From an uncultured archaeon (GTDB taxonomy: Archaea; Iainarchaeota; Iainarchaeia; Iainarchaeales; JAAZKV01): a stretch of 64,000 nt of DNA. Made by a program: the position numbers and the translations under genes. Below, piece by piece: positions 28,548 through 38,277 of this stretch. The notes beneath the pieces were generated by a model. That model made no database searches, was not told where the DNA came from, and saw only the letters and a program-made list of their open reading frames with translations. Numbering within the stretch: position 1 is the stretch's first letter; each line of letters starts with the position of its first letter. Location: the NCBI GenBank assembly GCA_964534045.1, contig CAZHNO010000001.1, positions 1,786 through 65,785 of the forward strand. Reading direction: 5' to 3'.

Positions 28548-29115
28548 ACTCATTAATATACGGCTGGACATCCAAATACATTGAAATGTAAGATGCATTA
28601 GCTTTTCTTTCTTTTAAAACTTTAAACCCTAATTTTTTATAAAAATGAATTGGCTTTTCAGATTCTTTCAAATTGCTTTCATTCTTTGCTTCTACCGTCA
28701 ATATTCTACAACCGGCTTTTCTGTTAATAAAAAACACTTGTTTTATTGCATTGCCAATAATCATTGTGCCCAATCTTTTCCTGACAACTCTTTCATCCAC
28801 AGCCATTCTTGCAATTTTTAGTGCAGGAATTGCCTTGTAAGGTATTCCATCTTCTTTGAATTTCTGCTTATCACTACCCCCTAAATGAATGGAATCAGTG
28901 CAAAGAGTAACATAACCAAGAATTTGCTTTTCATTTTTTGAAAACCATAAACTTGTTTTTCCCACTGATTTATTTTGTTGTGTTAAAGCATCCTCTTTTA
29001 GAAAATCATTCAAATCTTTTATCCCACATTTAAAATCTTCAATAAACTTTGAAGTAACTTCAGTAAGAGGCAAAATTTCAATATCTTCAACAGGATAAAT
29101 TTCTTTCATTAACAT
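28504..29115 (-). CDS. GNAT acetyltransferase (TacT/AtaT toxin-like)
   Basis: FKCG..DLNDFLK, ILGYVTL, PALKIARMAVD, LTVEA, FYKKLGF. Confidence 0.82.
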   Translation of the reverse strand: MLMKEIYPVEDIEILPLTEVTSKFIEDFKCGIKDLNDFLKEDALTQQNKSVGKTSLWFSKNEKQILGYVTLCTDSIHLGGSDKQKFKEDGIPYKAIPALKIARMAVDERVVRKRLGTMIIGNAIKQVFFINRKAGCRILTVEAKNESNLKESEKPIHFYKKLGFKVLKERKANASYISMYLDVQPYINEFKERNRLEKKGLFQ

Positions 29116-29208
29116 AACTAAATTATTAAAATCGAGTTTTTAAAACTTAATAGAGCATCATGCCACTCAAAATTATTTAATTTCAGTTGGTGACAATTTG
29201 TAACCAAC

Positions 29209-30357
29209 TCAATCGTTTTCCCATTTCCCCAATTTAACCTGAAAACCTTTTTCTTTTTCCACAAATTTCTCTATTTTTTTATTACCTTTTTTTACTTCAG
29301 AGCCTAACTTCAAATAATTCAAATTAGAGTATTCTTCATACAATTTGTGTTTTTTTAAGTATTTTTCTAGTTTTTCCTTGTCCCATTTCAGTTTTTCTAT
29401 TTCTTTTATTGAAGCCTTCATTTTAGAGCCAAAAACAACGTTTATTTTGTGTTGTTTTGAATACTCAAACAAATCCTTTTGTAATTCTTCTTTTCTTTGT
29501 TTTAATTCATCTTCTTTTTCTTTTATTTCAACTAATTCATTAACTATTTTTACTCCTTCATCTTTCTTGAATTCTTTTATTGTTTTTTCTTCTAAATCTG
29601 CCTCGTGTTTGAAAGAAGGGCATAAGTGCTTGTAAACACAATAATCACATAATTTTGTTATGTTTGGAGGAAAGTCTTTACAATTAGTAATTTCATTGAT
29701 TTTTCCTATTGTTTCTTTTCTTATTTGTTTTAATTGTTCATAGGTTCTCGTGCTTTTTACTTCTTTATTAAATTTTAGCATATGCCACAACAATATTACT
29801 TTTTTTGCATCAGGATACTTTTGTTTAACCCAGAGAGAATACATTGCTAATTGCCTATCCTCATCCGCTTCTTTTTGCTCTTTCATTCTTGAATTTGTTT
29901 TATAATCACAAACAAAATAAGTGTCTCCTTTACAAGCCAACCTATCTATCCTAATTGAATAATTATTTGTTCCTAATTTTAAAAAATCACTTGTTTCTAA
30001 ACCAAGAATAGTATACTGCTCAAAAGGCTTGTAAGTATCATAATAATCTTCTAAAAATTTTTTTCCCTGAGTTTTGTAATTATTTGCTGTGTATTCTTTT
30101 TTAGTTATCTTTACTTCCTTTTCCTTTTCAAAATTTTTTTTCCACACTTCCTCATAATACTCTAACAATTCCTCTTTACTCAAATCCTTCCCATGCAACT
30201 TATCCCTATACAACTTCTCCAAAACCTCATGAACACAAGAACCCATAAACGCCTCAATAGTAGTCTCAACATCCACCCTAACCCTATCAACATACCTAAA
30301 CTTATAAGCCAACTTACAATTCTCAAACAACGAAATCTTTGAATGCGAGAAGTTCAT
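29209..30357 (-). CDS. RecB-family PD-(D/E)xK nuclease with Cys cluster
   Basis: FSHSKI..FENC...Y, G...H..LE, RIDRL, DYKT, QLAMY, CDYC.Y...CP. Confidence 0.85.
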   Translation of the reverse strand: MNFSHSKISLFENCKLAYKFRYVDRVRVDVETTIEAFMGSCVHEVLEKLYRDKLHGKDLSKEELLEYYEEVWKKNFEKEKEVKITKKEYTANNYKTQGKKFLEDYYDTYKPFEQYTILGLETSDFLKLGTNNYSIRIDRLACKGDTYFVCDYKTNSRMKEQKEADEDRQLAMYSLWVKQKYPDAKKVILLWHMLKFNKEVKSTRTYEQLKQIRKETIGKINEITNCKDFPPNITKLCDYCVYKHLCPSFKHEADLEEKTIKEFKKDEGVKIVNELVEIKEKEDELKQRKEELQKDLFEYSKQHKINVVFGSKMKASIKEIEKLKWDKEKLEKYLKKHKLYEEYSNLNYLKLGSEVKKGNKKIEKFVEKEKGFQVKLGKWEND

Positions 30358-30924
30358 TTATTTTTCACCCAAAGGAATTGCTTTTCTTATTTTACAATAA
30401 TGGTTTTCAGCTCTTATTTTAATTCCAATTTCTTTTGAAAAGAATTCAAATTCTCTTATTTTAGCATCTTTTTTTACTTTTTGTTCAATATCCTTTGGCA
30501 AGTATAATATTTTTGAAGAATGTGGATTATATAAGTCTAAAATAAATTTCCCTTGTTTTTCTGAATATTTTCCAATTTCTTTAACAATTTCATTGTGTAA
30601 TTTTTGTAATTCCTCATTTTTTTCTATTCTAATAACTAAATGAGATAAGTCTCCCGCTGAAAAAAGAGTTAATTCTTTTGATTTAATTTTAATTGGCTTG
30701 TATTTTTTTGCAATTTTTCTTAACATAGCTTCAATTTCATCTTTATGCTCAAAACAATTCCCCATTGAAAGCAAGGTTATGTGTGGAACATCATAATAAA
30801 TTCCATCATTAGGATGTTTGTTTTGACACTTTTTTGAATATTTTTTATGAAGCTCTTTTATCTCAGAATTAAGCTCTGAATACAATGGTTCTGGGATTGT
30901 CAAAACAATAGCAGTAGTCTCCAT
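30358..30924 (-). CDS. 2H phosphoesterase (2'-5' RNA ligase-like)
   Basis: PHITL and YNPHSS, two H-x-[ST] motifs. Confidence 0.7.
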   Translation of the reverse strand: METTAIVLTIPEPLYSELNSEIKELHKKYSKKCQNKHPNDGIYYDVPHITLLSMGNCFEHKDEIEAMLRKIAKKYKPIKIKSKELTLFSAGDLSHLVIRIEKNEELQKLHNEIVKEIGKYSEKQGKFILDLYNPHSSKILYLPKDIEQKVKKDAKIREFEFFSKEIGIKIRAENHYCKIRKAIPLGEK

Positions 30925-31002
30925 ATACTAATCATTCAATAAAAAGAATTTAATTGTTTTGGGGGTAGCGGGCTGGTGGAGGAATAGGAAAATTTTAATT
31001 TA

Positions 31003-31614
31003 TTACCTAAAAAGCGCTTTTAATTTAAAAAATCCGTTAGGCTCATAACGAAAGCCCCACAAATTTTCACGAAAACAACCATTTACTTTAGAGGCCTCAA
31101 TTGCTTTTTTAAAATCATCATAATTTCCAATCCACCGATAGTAGTCAATCCTAAAATTCTCATCCTGAGAAACTGGAAGCAACACAAGCTTATCTTGAGT
31201 TAACTCAAAAAGGTAAGAATCGAAAAACTCTGCTTCAGTTAAACTCGAACCATATTTTATTGTATCCACACTATCAATCAGACCAGTAATAAGCTTATTT
31301 TTATCAAGTTTAAATTTTAAAACTGCTGACCACTCAGAGGAAACATAACTCATAACCTCTTCATGTGAAGATTGGGGAAATTCTTCTGACAAAGAATCTA
31401 TTTCTTCTTTGGATGCGGGCCCCATATATTCATAAACAACATTTGTATCTTTATCATAAAATCTTGCTGAAAAGATACAGTCATCATCTCCATAAATCCA
31501 GATTTCTCCGAATAGAGCTTCGTTCGAATCCAATTTGTTATTTTGTTGAATTATTTCCGTACACCCAAAGACAAGGATGAAAAAAATTAACAAAACAAAA
31601 ATCTGTTTCTGCAA
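31003..31614 (-). CDS. Putative secreted/lipoprotein, unknown function
   Basis: Hydrophobic N-terminus ending in VFGC. Confidence 0.55.
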   Translation of the reverse strand: MQKQIFVLLIFFILVFGCTEIIQQNNKLDSNEALFGEIWIYGDDDCIFSARFYDKDTNVVYEYMGPASKEEIDSLSEEFPQSSHEEVMSYVSSEWSAVLKFKLDKNKLITGLIDSVDTIKYGSSLTEAEFFDSYLFELTQDKLVLLPVSQDENFRIDYYRWIGNYDDFKKAIEASKVNGCFRENLWGFRYEPNGFFKLKALFR

Positions 31615-32130
31615 TTAAATCAACTCCAAATAACTTTTTAGTCCAGAAAAAAAATTATTGGACCCAGGTGAACCTATCGGAGATGTATTTACAACATTGA
31701 ACTTATTTATAATTAGCTTTTTGCTCAAAACTTTAAATCCGGGTGTTCCCACAATAATTATCTTAAAAGAGGAGCTTACTTTTGAAATACCATTTAGTTT
31801 AGAAAATAACTTGTTAGAGTCTAGTTTTATTCTACTTTCTTTTATTCGTTGAGGAAGCCCATTAATTTCATTATAGGTAGAATCAATAATAAAATAACCT
31901 TTTTTAGCAAACGCTTCTAATGACTCTTTTTTTGAGTTAAATTTTTTCCCAACCGTTTTTTCAATTAGCCAATTAAACCACCGCGGCCCAATAGTTTTAT
32001 CATCATAAAAATATATTCCATTACTCGGCGGGGATTCAAAAATAAAAACAACTTTTGTTTTTCTCTCAAACTTTTCTGGCGCATATCTTTCTCGCATTTT
32101 AATGTAATCTTCTTTTTTCATGTTTTTCAC
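31615..32130 (-). CDS. Hypothetical protein, possible uracil-DNA glycosylase-like fold
   Basis: VVFIFESPP..G.YFY recalls UDG motif A; weak similarity. Confidence 0.4.
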   Translation of the reverse strand: MKNMKKEDYIKMRERYAPEKFERKTKVVFIFESPPSNGIYFYDDKTIGPRWFNWLIEKTVGKKFNSKKESLEAFAKKGYFIIDSTYNEINGLPQRIKESRIKLDSNKLFSKLNGISKVSSSFKIIIVGTPGFKVLSKKLIINKFNVVNTSPIGSPGSNNFFSGLKSYLELI

Positions 32131-32267
32131 ACAATTTAATCTTAAAACTATTTTTATATTTAATCTTATAAAAATAATTTTAGACCTAGAATTTAAAGGT
32201 TGGCGAGGATAGGTGCCGGCATGAAAGCTAAGAAAGATGTAAAAAGGTTTTTTTTAATTAATATTGT

Positions 32268-32603
32268 ATGATTAAAAAACAAAACAATGCTGATTTACAA
32301 AATATGGCGCTTACACAACAAATGGAAATCCAAAAACAACAAGCAAAAAATTTTAATCTTCTTTTAGAAAAGGGAATACCCGCAATTGAAAAATATTTAA
32401 ATGCCAAATTGGTACATTATGATAAACCACGATTTAAATATGCCATTGGAGGAGTTTGTTTAATTCTTTTGATAATCGTTATTGGGTCAATGTTTTTAGT
32501 TTTCAATGGTTTATTGGGCGCGGACGCATTTACTTTTTTAATGGGGATTATTGTTGGATATCTTCTTACTTTCTTTAAAGAAATGCTCTTTTCTAATGAT
32601 TAA
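32268..32603 (+). CDS. Small 2-TM membrane protein
   Basis: C-terminal hydrophobic hairpin with FLMGIIVGY. Confidence 0.55.
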   Translation: MIKKQNNADLQNMALTQQMEIQKQQAKNFNLLLEKGIPAIEKYLNAKLVHYDKPRFKYAIGGVCLILLIIVIGSMFLVFNGLLGADAFTFLMGIIVGYLLTFFKEMLFSND

Positions 32604-32630
32604 CTTTCAATGAAAAAACACTGATAAAAT

Positions 32631-33587
32631 ATGGCTCATTATATATTATTACATAAAAAAATATTCTTGTTTCTGTTAATCCTGTTTGTTCTACTTTTTT
32701 GTTTAACCCCTTATATAAGTTTATCCCAAATAGCAAAAAATGAAACATTTGGGGTGAATAGTAACAAAGAAAAGGCAATTATAATCGCAAATCTATTTAA
32801 GAAAAAATATGATTTTCCAACTAAAGAAAGTGATGGATTTCTTTATACAATTTATTCAATTTTCAACCAAAATTTTATAGTCTCTTTTTGGACTAATCAT
32901 GTTGATTGTGTCGGAGCGTCAGATGTATTTGTGTATATGATGCAATCAGTAGGCATAACTACAAGGCGAGTCGGCACAAATGGTGAAACCCATTTTTGGG
33001 CTGAATTTTATGATGGAAATGAATGGTTGAATATTGACCCATTTAATGATTCAAGTGGCCACAGCATAGGTGACTTAAACTTTTATTCTTCTTGGGATCA
33101 ACCATTTGGAAAAAGATTTTCTTTCGTTTATTATGAAGATGAAAATGGAACACATGACATTACAAAAAAATATCGTGAAACAGGAACAATAAAAATATTT
33201 AATTTTGAAAACGGCAAGTCTTCAAAAAGTTTTGTAATAGTAAAATCTCACCACTTAATGGAAGTATCAGACAAATATAAAGAGCCATTTGTTTCATTTT
33301 CAAGTTACACGGACAAAAATGGTTTTTTTGAACATGACTTTGGATATGGAAATAATTACACAATTGAGCTACTAACTGGTTTTCCTGAATTTGCACCAGT
33401 ACTCATATTCAGCAAAGAAAAGAAAATTTATCTCGACAAAAATAAAACTATCGAAGTTCGTTTTGATGAACCAATGCATTTCAAAGGACTAAATGATTTT
33501 ATAGTTGCCCCGTTTTTAGGGGCAATTATTCTTACAGCAGTAATTATTGGAATGAAAATTGGTAAAAAAATTAACAAGTTTTGTTAA
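32631..33587 (+). CDS. Membrane-anchored transglutaminase-like protein
   Basis: Triad-like DC...HFWAEFY...WLNIDP; N- and C-terminal TM segments. Confidence 0.75.
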   Translation: MAHYILLHKKIFLFLLILFVLLFCLTPYISLSQIAKNETFGVNSNKEKAIIIANLFKKKYDFPTKESDGFLYTIYSIFNQNFIVSFWTNHVDCVGASDVFVYMMQSVGITTRRVGTNGETHFWAEFYDGNEWLNIDPFNDSSGHSIGDLNFYSSWDQPFGKRFSFVYYEDENGTHDITKKYRETGTIKIFNFENGKSSKSFVIVKSHHLMEVSDKYKEPFVSFSSYTDKNGFFEHDFGYGNNYTIELLTGFPEFAPVLIFSKEKKIYLDKNKTIEVRFDEPMHFKGLNDFIVAPFLGAIILTAVIIGMKIGKKINKFC

Positions 33588-33604
33588 TAACGAACCAAAA
33601 TAAT

Positions 33605-33856
33605 TCATTCACAAGCCACCCCATCATCATCCCTATCTAAGTCGTGAATGTCTTTTTCGCATTGTTCAAATATTTTTTGTGCTTCTTTTTGTGTTTTGAA
33701 GTCTGAGCAATTGTAAATATTGTATGAACAATCAATTGATTTTAGTTCAATTGAATCTTTTTGTTCTACATAATTATTTTCTTTTTGAGTGCAACCAAAA
33801 AGAAGGAAGAGTAAAAGAAAGATAAATATTATTCCAAAAATAACAAACTTACTCAT
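33605..33856 (-). CDS. Small lipoprotein with Excalibur Ca-binding domain
   Basis: LFGC, then [12 protein letters not shown]...[12 protein letters not shown]. Confidence 0.82.
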   Translation of the reverse strand: MSKFVIFGIIFIFLLLFLLFGCTQKENNYVEQKDSIELKSIDCSYNIYNCSDFKTQKEAQKIFEQCEKDIHDLDRDDDGVACE

Positions 33857-33956
33857 TAGTGATATACTATTAAGAAATATTTAAATACTTAATGATAATA
33901 TACTATTAGTAGATGAAGCATAGTATTTTAAAAAAAGAAGAATTACATATATCACA

Positions 33957-34091
33957 ATGGCAGAAATTATACTCAAAGGATACCAATGCGAAAGATGCGG
34001 ACACAAATGGGTTCCAAGAGAACAAAAAGAAAAACCAAGAGTATGCCCAAAATGTAAAAGTCCATATTGGGATAAGCCAAAGAAGAAATAA
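33957..34091 (+). CDS. 44-aa C2C2 zinc-ribbon microprotein (not in ORF track)
   Basis: Manual translation MAEIILKGYQCERCGHKWVPREQKEKPRVCPKCKSPYWDKPKKK. Confidence 0.75.
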   Translation: MAEIILKGYQCERCGHKWVPREQKEKPRVCPKCKSPYWDKPKKK

Positions 34092-34218
34092 TTTTAGAAG
34101 CAATTATATATTTAGAATGAAAACACCCTTCAAAAACTTACAAGTAATACAAAAATGTTTAGTGGCACAAAACTAATATTAAGTTTATAAACAAAATAGA
34201 GATTAAATTTTATGTGGG

Positions 34219-35181
34219 ATGAGGATGAATAATAAAATAAAAGTTTTTGATAGCTTTACAGGTTATGGCGGTGCAAGTTGGGGTTTAAAGAAGGCAGGCA
34301 TTCCTTTTGAAGTTATTGGATATTCTGAAATTTGTCCAATGGCAATAGAATTATATGAATTAAATCATTCTCAAACCAAAAATTATGGAGACATCACAAA
34401 AATAAAACCTAACGATCTTCCAGATTTTGATTTATTCACTGGGGGTTTTCCATGCCAATCTTTTTCAACTGCTGGAAAAGGAATGGGTGAATTAGACACA
34501 AGAGGAACTTTGTTTTGCGATATTATAAGAATTTGCGAAGTTAAACAACCAAATTTTATTCTTTTAGAAAATGTTAAAGGATTATTGTCAAAAAGACACA
34601 AGGAAACTTTCAAAAAAATTATTAGCGAACTTCAAAGAATTGGATACAATGTAAGATATGAATTATTAAATTCAAAAGATTTTGGCATTCCTCAAAATAG
34701 AGAGCGTGTTTGGATTTTTGCAACTAAAAAACAAATACCTTTTGGTTGGCAATTAAGTCCACCTAAAGAAAAGTTAAAAAAGAATTTTAAAGACTTTTTA
34801 GATAAGAATGTAGATAAAAAATATTATAAAAATGAAAACCAAGTAATTAGATTAGAAGAAGTAACTGGAGTTAAATTAGAAGTTAATGAACCAACTTGCT
34901 TTGATGTATATAATAAAAAATTGAAAAAAGATGGGTTGTGCCTCACAATTACTGAACCACACCATAATACACTTAGAGTTGTTGAACCTAATGAAGATAA
35001 AAATAAAAGAGTTAGAAAAATGACTGAACAAGAACAATTTAAATTTATGGGTTTTGAAGAAAATGAATTAAATTTTGGTGAAATGTCATATACTAGATTG
35101 TCAAAATGTGCAGGCAATGGTTGGGATGTAAATTTAGTTAGTAAATTAATGAAAAGAATATTTGAAACAAAATGGGACTAA
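34219..35181 (+). CDS. DNA (cytosine-5)-methyltransferase
   Basis: FTGYGG (motif I), GGFPCQSFS (IV), ENVKG (VI), PQNRERV (VIII), GNG (X). Confidence 0.93.
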   Translation: MRMNNKIKVFDSFTGYGGASWGLKKAGIPFEVIGYSEICPMAIELYELNHSQTKNYGDITKIKPNDLPDFDLFTGGFPCQSFSTAGKGMGELDTRGTLFCDIIRICEVKQPNFILLENVKGLLSKRHKETFKKIISELQRIGYNVRYELLNSKDFGIPQNRERVWIFATKKQIPFGWQLSPPKEKLKKNFKDFLDKNVDKKYYKNENQVIRLEEVTGVKLEVNEPTCFDVYNKKLKKDGLCLTITEPHHNTLRVVEPNEDKNKRVRKMTEQEQFKFMGFEENELNFGEMSYTRLSKCAGNGWDVNLVSKLMKRIFETKWD

Positions 35182-35726
35182 TTATATTTTTTATTCTTTA
35201 ACCTGTTTTTGTGATATTCATTATGTTTTTTTGCAAATTCTGATGGATAAGGAAAATGACTTTCTTGAAAATTCCAATCTGGATATTTTCCCTCTTTTGC
35301 AAAATATTCTTCTTTACAAAAGTCTTCCATTTCTTTAAAACTTGCTATTTCAACTTTCTTTGAACTTGATAAACCATTAATTGTAGCAAGAACTTTTGGA
35401 GAAGTTATTACATATAATTCAACTTTTGAACCACTAAGCAAAGCTTCTTCAATTAACAAATGGAGAACAAATCTTGGTACTCCCGGACTCCCAGTCATTG
35501 ATGTTACATAAAGGTTTATTGTTGATTTAATTCCCCCCTTTCCTGCGGACCCGCCAATTTTTTTTATAACTCCATCAAGAACAAATAAATACACGCGGGG
35601 AGTTTCATCTTTTAAATCATTTTTAGTTATCCCTGATAAATAATTAATATTAATTTTATTTGCATGCCCATCCCTTAGGGTGAATTCACCAAACTTTTTA
35701 GCATTAGTTGCTTCTGAAATATTCAT
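35178..35726 (-). CDS. GIY-YIG-type restriction endonuclease (Hpy188I-like), convergent with the MTase
   Basis: RVYLFV...KKIG, later E and C-terminal P.WN; 4-nt overlap with the MTase stop. Confidence 0.65.
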   Translation of the reverse strand: MNISEATNAKKFGEFTLRDGHANKININYLSGITKNDLKDETPRVYLFVLDGVIKKIGGSAGKGGIKSTINLYVTSMTGSPGVPRFVLHLLIEEALLSGSKVELYVITSPKVLATINGLSSSKKVEIASFKEMEDFCKEEYFAKEGKYPDWNFQESHFPYPSEFAKKHNEYHKNRLKNKKYN

Positions 35727-35807
35727 AATAAATCAATATCTTTATTCTTTTTAATACTATCAAATAGTGTGGCAAGTCATTTATTGTTTTTACACAGAAT
35801 TTTTTTT

Positions 35808-35936
35808 CTAATGTTTTTTAACATTCATGGACCAAGTGCATTCTTTTGTTTTCCAACAACATACTTTATATTCATCTCCACCCAAATCTTCAACATGAAA
35901 ATTAGAAGACTTACAAACTGGACATCTAAAAACCAT
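35808..35936 (-). CDS. 42-aa Cys-rich zinc-ribbon-like microprotein (not in ORF track)
   Basis: MVFRCPVCKSSNFHVEDLGGDEYKVCCWKTKECTWSMNVKKH with a strong GAGGTGG RBS. Confidence 0.6.
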   Translation of the reverse strand: MVFRCPVCKSSNFHVEDLGGDEYKVCCWKTKECTWSMNVKKH

Positions 35937-36090
35937 TAAACCACCTCAAAATAAATAAAAATGAAAGTGTGTAAAAAGCAATCTTTTAATCAATATTATT
36001 TTAGTTATACTAATGCACATTTCAACCTAAACTTTAAATACTTATTAAGTTAGTCAAATAAAAGCAAAAAATAGCTTTTAAAACGGTTTT

Positions 36091-37308
36091 ATGAAAGAAC
36101 ATTATATGGAAAAAGCAGTAGATATTTCAAAAATAAAAAATAAGCTTATAATTATTCATTATTCTTGTTCCAACATAAACCATTCGTTTCCTGAAATATC
36201 TGCAATTTCCGTTTTTGACACAAATTTGTGTGAAACTCACACGTTTCCAAGATTTACAAAAGACAAAAATGATGAGATTAGATTATTAACTGAATTTTTT
36301 AATTATATCTCCCCAAAAATAGCGGAGAAGTACGGATTTGTCGGGTGGTATTGGGGGGATAAATATGGCCTGGATCAAATAATAAAAAGATATAAACAAA
36401 TAACCAAAAAAAGACTTGAATTCAAAAGTTCAGACCTGGTTGTTTATGATTTAGTAAAAATACTCTCCCACAACATAACCACGTTTCTAAGTGGCGGGCT
36501 AAAAAATCTTGCTAACTTTAATAATTTAAATACCTCAAATTTTATTGACGGCGACCAAGAGATTGAACTTCTTAAAAAACAAGAATTTGAACAATTAGCA
36601 GATTCCACATCCACCAAAGTCAATGTAATTTATGATTTATTAATAAGGTACTTAAACAAAACACTAAAAACTCCCACAATCGAAGAAATCTATTTTGATT
36701 TTAAGGATGTTGGAGCACACCCAATATTCAAAAATAATATAACCCAAATCAAGGAGTTAATTAATACCAAAAATGTTAATATACAAAATGAAGTTTTGGA
36801 AGAGTTCCTTAGAAAATTACTTTATGGAAATGTAATAACCTCTCTCGAGACTTACCTTTCCGACGAATTTACTAGAATCGTAATAAATGACAAAGGGTTA
36901 ATTTCAAATTATGTAAAAGAAAGCAAAAAGTTTAATGGGGATAAAACTAAATTCAGCGAGATATATTCAAATATGCTCCTGGAAAGCAAAAACGGAAACG
37001 ACATTTCAATAGAAAGGTATGTTCGTAGCAAATGTATTGCAGATATAAGAGACTTAACATTTCATAATTTAAATTTAATAAAGCCCCTGTATAAAAACGT
37101 TCTTGGAATTGATTTTCCTAAAAACTTAGATTCTATTTATAGGGCCATTGAAATAAGACACGATTTAATACATAGAAACGGAAAAGATAAAAATGACAAA
37201 ACCCTTAGAATTACATATACCCAACTTACCAAGATTATACGAGATTCCATTAGTTTTGCTAATCATATTCATAAACAAACAAAACAATTAAACATTTCCA
37301 ACAAATAA
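36091..37308 (+). CDS. Two-domain protein: RNase H/exonuclease-like N-terminus plus HEPN domain
   Basis: C-terminal VITSLETYLSD...RHDLIHRNG (R-x4-H); N-terminal E..LL..FF, VGW, DL, LKNLA..N pattern. Confidence 0.6.
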   Translation: MKEHYMEKAVDISKIKNKLIIIHYSCSNINHSFPEISAISVFDTNLCETHTFPRFTKDKNDEIRLLTEFFNYISPKIAEKYGFVGWYWGDKYGLDQIIKRYKQITKKRLEFKSSDLVVYDLVKILSHNITTFLSGGLKNLANFNNLNTSNFIDGDQEIELLKKQEFEQLADSTSTKVNVIYDLLIRYLNKTLKTPTIEEIYFDFKDVGAHPIFKNNITQIKELINTKNVNIQNEVLEEFLRKLLYGNVITSLETYLSDEFTRIVINDKGLISNYVKESKKFNGDKTKFSEIYSNMLLESKNGNDISIERYVRSKCIADIRDLTFHNLNLIKPLYKNVLGIDFPKNLDSIYRAIEIRHDLIHRNGKDKNDKTLRITYTQLTKIIRDSISFANHIHKQTKQLNISNK

Positions 37309-37408
37309 ACTTTGTAAATAAACTCAACTAGTCTCAAATCAACTCACCCATCAATCCAAACCCCCCGAAACTATTTATTGAAATAATGCAAATATTTAAA
37401 CAACCATA

Positions 37409-37990
37409 TTGGTAAATTATATTATGGATTTAGGCACTTTTGCAATTATTATTCAAGCAATTGCTTCAGTAGTTTTAGTTTTAATCACAATATTTTATGC
37501 TTATTCCAGTCATAAAAATATCAAAGAAATGCAACTTACTAGAGAAATTGAAAATTTACCACGACTTATTCCAAAAATTGTTACTTGGTCTGACTTAGAA
37601 CATGGCTTTGAAACAAATGAGTTCCCAGTAATAATAAATACTGGAAAAGGAACTGCATTTAATGTAAAAATCAATATAGTTATTGAAAGTGATAATACTA
37701 ATTTAACTTGGACAACTAGTGCTTTAGAGCCTGGAAAAAGATTTGGAGATGGATATGATTATTTTGGCAATCCTGATTATACAAACACTAGTTTTTCAAA
37801 GAAAAAAACTTGTTTTAATATAGAATATGATACTTTATTAGGAAACTCCGTAAAAAATTCCATAATTTTAGAAAACCCAATTCCATTTAATGAATATGGA
37901 GAATCAAAAATTGTAAACCCAACAGATTTAGAAAAAATTTCTAGTTCAATTACAAAAATAAGTGAATTATTAGAAAAAAAATTTAAATGA
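37409..37990 (+). CDS. N-terminally anchored hypothetical protein
   Basis: One TM helix (LVLITIFYAYS), INTGKGTAFNV. Confidence 0.55.
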   Translation: MVNYIMDLGTFAIIIQAIASVVLVLITIFYAYSSHKNIKEMQLTREIENLPRLIPKIVTWSDLEHGFETNEFPVIINTGKGTAFNVKINIVIESDNTNLTWTTSALEPGKRFGDGYDYFGNPDYTNTSFSKKKTCFNIEYDTLLGNSVKNSIILENPIPFNEYGESKIVNPTDLEKISSSITKISELLEKKFK

Positions 37991-38006
37991 AAAAAATAAT
38001 CTTTCT

Positions 38007-38085
38007 CACCTAAATCTTTAAACACTTCACAGCCACCCCCAGAGTAATTGTTGACTACTAAAAATAATTCCAAAACTAATTTTGA
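38007..38085 (+). repeat. Decayed copy of the promoter/5' end of the oxidoreductase gene at 42420
   Basis: CACCTAAATCTTTAAACACTTCACAGCCAC...TTGTTGACTACTAAAAATAA...AAAACTAATT resembles 42375-42455. Confidence 0.7.
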
Positions 38086-38277
38086 TATTCAGGATTTATT
38101 TTTAAAATATAATAAAATTCCAATAATTATTCCAATTATTGAAAGCATAATTCCTGCAAAAAAGTCTTGTAGTGGGCTAATACGCACGAAAAAAAGAAAT
38201 ATTAAAAGAATTAATCAAAATTCAATAATGCCCATTTTGCCAAAGCATTTTTAAACTTAGAAAATTATTTTATTGTC

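Noticed and set aside
29209-30357. Cas4 or a CRISPR adaptation locus
   Set aside because: RecB-family nuclease with a Cys cluster, but no cas1/cas2 or array nearby.
33913-34176. 87-aa ORF from the track
   Set aside because: Shadow of the 44-aa zinc-ribbon gene (33957-34091) in another frame.
38048-38254. 68-aa ORF MLTTKNNSKTNF...
   Set aside because: Start derives from a decayed repeat copy of the oxidoreductase 5' end; the remainder looks like antisense to a broken membrane-protein fragment.
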